From the human T2T-CHM13v2.0 reference genome, Homo sapiens: 64,000 nucleotides of DNA. A program made the position numbers and the translations under genes. Under the pieces are notes generated by a model. It was given only the letters and a program-made list of their open reading frames with translations, did no database searches and had not been told where the DNA came from. Below are positions 56,335 through 64,000 of the stretch, in pieces (within the stretch, counting starts at the first letter, position 1; every line of letters starts with the position of its first letter). The stretch lies in the NCBI RefSeq assembly GCF_009914755.1, contig NC_060928.1, one strand, 5' to 3'.

Positions 56335-57214
56335 CTAGGGGAGGCAATTTGTCAAAGATTGTTGTTGGATTTTACACACAGGGAAATCTAAGGAAGGTGT
56401 GGAAACCAGACCAGGACTCCAGACTGTGGTCTCCCTGTTTACAGGGTCTTAAATGGGGGAGCCACTTTGGGTTCTTTCCACAAGATTGCTTTGTAAAAAA
56501 CCAAGAAACAAACAAACAAAGAACTCAAAAAAACAGCCCTCACCTAAATATTCACAAGGGACCTCAGGCAATATCTGCAAACAAAAGTGAGTGATCAGTG
56601 GAATCTGTCATCTTTACAACTAAGACAGCTCCAGAGTTGAAGCAAGTGGAAATATCTCTAGAGACAGAGATTTGGGCAGGTTTTGCCAGTTACAAACTAT
56701 GAGAACTTGGGCAAGTTTACCTCTCTGAGCTTCTGTGACCTTGTAAAATAGGCTGCATTGTGCTAAACGTGCAGGAGGAATCCCAGCATCCTCCTGTGCA
56801 CAAGGCTGGTTTCTTCCCATCCTTTTCCTTGTTCTGCCTCTCTCCTCCTCTCCAAGAGATGAATACATGTGGACCCAATAGGGGCCTATGTTTGCAAAAG
56901 CTCGCAGGTGATTCTCATGCAGCCAGCCTGGCTGTGGCACTGACCTCTTGGACACTTCTGAAGGCGCATTTACTAGTGAGGAAGGTCACTGTGTGTGAAA
57001 GGCACGATTCATCTTCCATTCCTTTCTTCCATGAAGCAAGGCGCATGGGTCGACTGAGCTGGGAGAGTCCACAGAGTCAGCCTCCCCCACACTTCCCTCC
57101 CTCCTTATTCCTTGTGTGCTGTACTTTGTCTTGATTTCCTGTACTCTGCACCAAGCCAGGAGATGGTAAGATCTCAAAAAAATCATTTTTTGGGAAATGG
57201 GACCAAGAGGGTTT

Positions 57215-57511
57215 TGGTTTGCTTGTTTGTTTGAGACAAGGTCTGTCGCCCAGGCTGGAGTGCGGTGGCATGACCTTGGCTCACTGCAGCCTTGACCTTC
57301 TGGGCTCAGGTGATCCTCCCACCTCAGCCTCCTGAGTAGCTGGGACTGCAGGTGCACACCACCATGCCTGACTAATTTGTCTATTTTTTGTAGAGATGAG
57401 GATTCACCATGTTGCCTAGGCTGGTCTCAAACTCTTGGGCTCAAGCAGTCCTCCATCCACCTCGGCCTTCCAAAGTGCTGGGATTACAGGCATGAGCTGC
57501 TGTGCCTGGCC
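57215..57511 (-). mobile_element. Alu (AluJ-like)
   Basis: Reverse Alu dimer. Confidence 0.9.
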
Positions 57512-57966
57512 AAGGTTTTTTTTTTATTATTATTATGAAAAATTTTCAATATACATAAAAGTACAGAGACTACTTTAATGAGCTATCATATACCGATCAC
57601 ATAGGTTTAAAAACTATTAAAGTTTGTAATATTTACTCCATTTGTTTTTCTGAAGTATTTAAAAAATAGTTTACAGTAGTTTTGTAATTGCATCATGATA
57701 TTCACCCCTACGTAATTTACTTTCCCTCTAAAAACATGAGGGCATTTTTTATATGATCATTGTCATACCTAATCAAATTACCAGCAATTCCTTAATATCC
57801 TCTAAGATCAAGTTTACATTCAGATGTCTTCTCCTCAAAATGTCAATTGTGATTATTTTTCTCTTTGAGCAAACATAATAAGATCTCAAGATTTAATGAC
57901 AGGGATTCCATGTTAGCTCTGATGTCTAAGCTCTGTGGTCCATTGTGGCTTTACTTGAAAGTCTCA

Positions 57967-58398
<432 letters not shown>

Positions 58399-58854
58399 TC
58401 ATGAGATGGGGACTTGGTGTCCAAGAGAAGAGCCTCTTTTTAGGTCTTCAGCCTTGATCAAACCATTTCTGAATTCCTCATACACATATAATCAGGTGCT
58501 ATGAGTGGTACTGATTGGATAATCTTTCTGTCGTTTCCTGTGATAGGAAGGAAAATACATGTACAGTCAAATTCCTTGAGGGTTCTTTCTTTTGCATCAG
58601 GGTATCTCAAACTCCTGCCCTTAAAACACCTGCAAGAGAATCATCCAGGCGGCTTGCTCACTCTGCATGCAGACCCTTTAGAATCAGAGTCAGAATCACT
58701 GGGGCTGGAGCCACAAAATGAAATGACATTTCAACAAGTTTGTCATCACGTAAGAGAGAATAGGTGAGTATTTGGATACCTATAATACAAAGTAGATTCA
58801 AAAAGAATGATGATTATTTTAAATATTGCGTTTTTAAAAATTTAATACAGAAAA

Positions 58855-59203
58855 GGCTGGGCACGGTGGCTCACGCCTGTAATCCTAGCACTTTGGGAGG
58901 CCAAGGCGGGTGGATCATTTGAGGTCAGGAGTTCAAGAACAGCCTGGCCAACAAGGTGAAACCCCACCTCTACTAAAAATATAAAAATTAGCCAGGCGGT
59001 AGTGGTGCACGCCTGTAATCCCAGCTACAGGGGAAGCTGAGGCAGGAGAATCGCTTAAGCCTGGGAGGCGGAGGTTTGGTCGGCTAAGATCGTACCGCTG
59101 CACTGCAATGTGGGTGACAATTGTTTAACCACCACCAAAATGGGTTCTGAGTCCAAATATTAATATGAAGGACACTGGTGACATTGTCTCAAAAAAATTA
59201 ATG
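58855..59203 (+). mobile_element. Alu carrying a ~66-bp foreign insertion near its 3' end
   Basis: TSD aatacagaaaag (58844-58855 and 59204-59215). Alu sequence breaks at 59119 and resumes with gtctcaaaaaaa at 59186. Confidence 0.9.
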
Positions 59204-59534
59204 AATACAGAAAAGTACAAAAAGGGAGAGAAATCACCGAAAATCTCACGACCCCAAGAAATAAACCTCATAATATTAAGTGAACAGCATTCCTTGCTAT
59301 GCACAAAGATGGCTAGAGACATGAACAGACACTTCTGATCACACAAAATGAGATTTTAAAAACAAGAAGTAGCAAATTGAATGCTGGGTAAATTTATCAG
59401 AAGAAAAAGAAATGGAAGTGAAACTGAAGGAACTGGTCAACTCAGATAAATGTAGTTTTTCCTCACTAAAAATCAGTTTCTAGAACGTCTAAGAAATCAA
59501 AGATGATGAAAAATATTAAGAAGTTTTATATATA

Positions 59535-59998
59535 TGTAAAAGTCTTTACAGTTGATTGATCATCTCATGAAAAATCTGTACAGTCACTGCAAATAAATCA
59601 TTGCAAAATCTTTACTCCTTTTGCTTTTTGCCAGCACTTTGCAGTTTCTGGACGTCATTCTGCCCTTGCATTCCTTTTGCTGTTTTCATGAGGTCATCTT
59701 CTCATGCCAGCTGTGTCTTGCAAGTCTATGAGTTCATTTTTGTTTGCATAATTCAAAGAACCAGATAGCATGCCAAAGCCCATTGTTTAACCACCACCAA
59801 CATGGGTTCTGAGTCCAACTATTAATATGAAGATGACATCCATTGTGGTCTTGTACATTTTGTTGCCTTTCCGGGGTGAAGGACATTGGTGACCATTTGT
59901 TTCCTCTGGAGTGGTCGATTGGTCATGAACTTCCTGGTCCAGATAATTACTGTGTCATTCATCATGGTGGTTGATCATCAGGTAGTTAGGGAGGAAAA
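59535..59998 (-). pseudogene. RPS24: RPS24 processed pseudogene
   Basis: Minus strand from ATG at 59962: [34 protein letters not shown]-(deletion)[11 protein letters not shown]..GLRTHVGGG*TMGFGM..SLNYANKNE...GKKQKE* (TAA 59614-59612). Intronless, with a pyrimidine-rich 5' end and TSD-like aagaagtt(tt)atatat on both sides. Missed by the ORF track. Confidence 0.92.
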
Positions 59999-60369
59999 TA
60001 AACAAGAAGTTATATATTTAAAACCACGTTTCAATTTTAGACCTGATTAATTGACTTAATAAAGGGCATTAGCACTTCTCCTTCCTACAGTCCCTCCCTT
60101 TACCGCTGGAAACTAGTTATTTCTAGGTTGTTTTATGTTGTTAAGGTTGACCACCTTCTCTTTCTGTTCTGCAATCATAGTCCTGTTTTTAAATGGATTC
60201 ACCTCTCATAATTAGCCTTTTGTCATGGTCATTCAATTCACCAGTTGCTTATTTTTTAATTTCTTGGCTGACTAAATTTTATTATGAAGACTTTTTTTTT
60301 TTAAAGACCTCAGAAATACTGTATTCTTTAAGTTCTTCAACATGTGATCATGTCTTTTGCCTATTTTGA

Positions 60370-60772
<403 letters not shown>

Positions 60773-61145
60773 TCTCATTGTGCTTTGTACTAACCCCCTT
60801 TCCCTGGTCTCTTCCAGCTTGTCTTCTTCTCTCCCAGTAGTTTCTTCATGAAGAGGCCATGTGCTATATTCCATGAGATATTTCACACTCAAAGAAGACT
60901 TCTTTTATACTCTTTTGATAATTTGTCTGGGAATCACTGTCTTGATTTATAAGGGACTTTGTAATAAATACAGTAAAAGAGAAACACACAACGTATTTTG
61001 AGACATCAGAGAAGGGAGAAACCAATTCTATTAATATTTGGGGTTAGCAGGGAAGGCTTAGTTAAGAGGTAACATTTGAACTAAGCCTTGAAATAAGGGA
61101 AGGATTTGGCCATGCAGTAATGGGGAGAGAGTAGAAGCAAGACAT

Positions 61146-61602
61146 GATGGTTAGTGTTATGTATCAATTTGACTGGGTTGTGGGGTGCCCAGATATTTGG
61201 CTACACATTATTCTGGGTGTGTCTCTGAGGTATTCTGGATGAGGATAACATTTAATTGCTAGACTGAATAAAGCAGATTGTCCTCCCAAATGGGGGTGAG
61301 CCTCATCCAATCCACTGAAGACCTGAACAAAACAAAATGGTAGAGTCACAGAGAATTTGCTCTTTTTACCTGATTATATTTGAGCTGGGACATCAACCTT
61401 CTCCTGAGTTTAGATGTGGACTCGAGTTGGAACTATATCATTGGCTGTCCTGGGTCCCCAGCTTGCTGGCTGCAGACTCCAGGACTCCTTAGCCTCCATA
61501 ATCATGGGAGCCATCCCTTACAACAAATCAATCTGTCTCTCTCTATGTGTATAGCTCTACCTCTATCTCTCTGCTCTTTCTCTGGAGAACCTAGAGTAAT
61601 AC
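61146..61602 (+). mobile_element. MLT2-type (ERVL) solo LTR
   Basis: Start tgatggttagtgttatgtatcaatttgactggg, internal ataaagcagattgtcctccc, end tctctggagaacctagagtaataca. Confidence 0.8.
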
Positions 61603-62172
61603 ACAAGGTTATATTAGAGAAGAGGATGACCCAAGGAAAAGCATGGAGGCAGAAAAATGCAAAGAGGGTTTGGGAAGACTGGGGTCCTGACGGGGAGTTT
61701 GGATTTCACTGTGTGTAGCATGGAGAATCCTTGAAAATATTCAAGAGGTGAAAATTGTATTTGTGGAAGAACACCAGGAGTATGTGAAAGAAAAACACTC
61801 ACTCCATTTTAACTCCACTGAAGGGAGCATCAACGGGATGCACTGGGGACATGGGTTGGAGGGTAGTTGAGGCCATATCTGGAGGATCTTTACTTCTAGG
61901 CTGAGTCTGAAGTTACCTTTCTGGGGAGTGGGAGATTACAAATCTTTGAGCTCCACTCAAGAGATGGTTTTGCTAACAATGGCAGGGCGACGGTGGTGGT
62001 GGTGGTAAACTGGTAGCATGAATTCTAATTGGGCTTCTGTTATTCTAGCCGAGAAAGTTGGGGAATGGTCTTTCCGTAGAATAATACAGACCTGGGAATC
62101 AACTGCATGGAGGAGGTAGTTATAGGTGATGAGATGGCTCAGGGACAAAGTTTGGTAGAAGGAGAAAAGATA

Positions 62173-62252
62173 CTAGGCTGGTACAAAAATAATTGCTGTT
62201 TTTGCCACTACTTTCAATGACAAAATCCGAAATTACTTTTGCACCAACCTAA
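62173..62252. mobile_element. MADE1 mariner-derived MITE (~80 bp)
   Basis: Inverted ends taggctggtacaaaaataattg / aattacttttgcaccaacctaa with TA on both flanks. Confidence 0.8.
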
Positions 62253-63559
62253 TAGGATGCAAACTTCGGAGCCATCTGCATCAGAGGGATTGATGAAGAT
62301 CAGCAAAGCTTGGGAACACAGGAAAGGAGCGGGGAGGGTAATGACTTGAGGGCATATCAGGGATAATCAAGGTTTTTCTTGTTAGCATGTGGAGACTTAA
62401 GCATGATTATATGTTAAACGTCTGGCACATACATGGTGCAAAATATTTATGAGTGAAATGACAAGTGAAGGTGGTGAGTCATGGGAGTTCCAAGGGAACG
62501 GGTGATAAAGGGAGGTCTCAAATGAGGCACAAGTGGAGAAGGTAGCTTGGGAAAGGAGAAGGATGCTACTCCTTATAAGATGGGAAAGGCAGAGGAAGAG
62601 GGTCAAGGTACAGTGATCCGGGGTGAGATAGAAGTGAGTTGAGAGAACTCCACTCTGGGCTCTGAAATCCCTAGGGATGGGTTTGGGGGCTTTGAGATAT
62701 GGAAGAGGTTTAAAGTTAATTGTTCTAGCAAATATGGTTTGGAACTTATTTGTGATGCTTAAAAATATTGCTGAGCACAAGTGAAGTCTACCCTAGAGTT
62801 GGATGGTGAGATTATTTAGTGGAACTACCAGATCCATGTTGTGATTCTTTCCAGTATAATTCAGCAGCCCTTGGGCAGTTGCGAGGCAAGTCATCAGTGG
62901 GGTATGGAGATTTTCCAGGTGGGTGTGGTTGAAGGCAGGGAAGAAAGAGTTCAGGAGCACATTTCAAGAAGAAGGTGACTGTAAGGTCCAGGCTGAGCAG
63001 GAAGGTAAAGCAAGAAGGAAACATGAGGTTGTGAAGAGAAGTTTAGAGGGATGAGGAGGCAGGAGAGGTGAACAGTTGCAGGATGTAGCTAGAGTGGCGA
63101 TGTTAGATCTTGGAGCAAGAGAGTTTTACAGTGATTATGAAGATCAAAGGGCATTAGAATCAAGCTATAAAGAGCCACTGTTTGATGTTGGGATGTGAGG
63201 ATGCTGCAGGTGGATGTCTGCACATTGATGGTGAGAACATGGTCACCCTGGCCCTGCTGGGTCTTTGCTAAAGAGACTGTGCTCTGTTCTTGGGGCCGTT
63301 TTCATCACCTGATTAGAGCAGTGGTCCCCACATGGTGTTCTTTGGACCATCTGTATAAAATGTTCATAGGTCAAGGGTAAAATGGAAAAACAGAGAAAAT
63401 GTCACAGAAATGTGCCCATTGGTGAAACACCACGAGCTGTCCTTTTTGGAGGATTATTCTTTATTCTAAAAATGTATATATTCTATTCTATTAAAACATT
63501 TTTGTATTTGCATTTTTTTCTCTTTTATGAAATGCCATGGGGTAGAAATTTGTAATGTA

Positions 63560-63908
63560 TCCAATTCTCCTGTCTTCATGCATTGCCCTGTGGTGGGGGA
63601 GGGGATGTGGCTAGTACTGGCCAAGAGGCTGGGGGCAGAGGTGCAGTGTGAGACTTCTAGCCTGGGGCATTTAATTCTTCGTACAGGGCTCTCTAGCATT
63701 CTTCTCCCTCTGTTCCCTGCTTGGTGATACTCGAGGTAATGCAACCCTCATTACCCTTAGTCTTAGGGCAAGTTTGATGGGAAACAGAGCACCCCACACC
63801 TCCCTGCAGATGTAGCATGAGAGAGAAAAACAACTTCTGATGTTTGAAGTTACCAAGATTTAGGAGTTGTTTGTTACTGCAGCAAAACCTCACCTATTCT
63901 GACAAATC
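63560..63908 (+). mobile_element. MaLR MLT1-type LTR fragment
   Basis: 3' end words gatttaggagttgtttgttactgcagcaaaacctcacctattctgac. Confidence 0.55.
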
Positions 63909-64000
63909 ATGTTGGAATTTCTATGTATATGTGTGTGAAACTGGTAGTTTAAAAACGTTCCTTCTTTCCAAAAAGAAAAAAAAATTGCAACCTTATGTTG

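Overview
Primate DNA (human or great ape, judged from dense Alu, LTR5A, LTR12C, L1, L2 and MIR content). It has the mosaic layout of the OR7E-associated segmental-duplication family. From left to right: the last two exons and polyA signal of an UNC93B1 copy; an ~11.5 kb SATR1/SATR2-type satellite block with internal inversions, AT-rich spacers and an embedded LTR-less gamma-type (HERV-E-like) gag-pro-pol fragment; an OR7E olfactory receptor pseudogene; a solo HERV-K(HML-2) LTR5A with a 6-bp TSD; a VPS51 retrocopy whose exon 2 appears spliced to an L1-derived exon; a solo LTR12C; a CpG island that appears to be a disabled duplicate of the most distal RBFOX1 promoter/first exon, followed by intron-like DNA; and an RPS24 processed pseudogene, part of which was copied into a neighbouring Alu. 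No intact complete protein-coding gene, RNA gene or CRISPR array is supported. Gene and repeat names come from recognition of remembered sequences, not database searches, and most repeat boundaries are approximate. I found no wholly new biological system; the most notable items are the duplicated promoter/exon, the chimeric retrocopy, the satellite/ERV architecture and the templated insertion.
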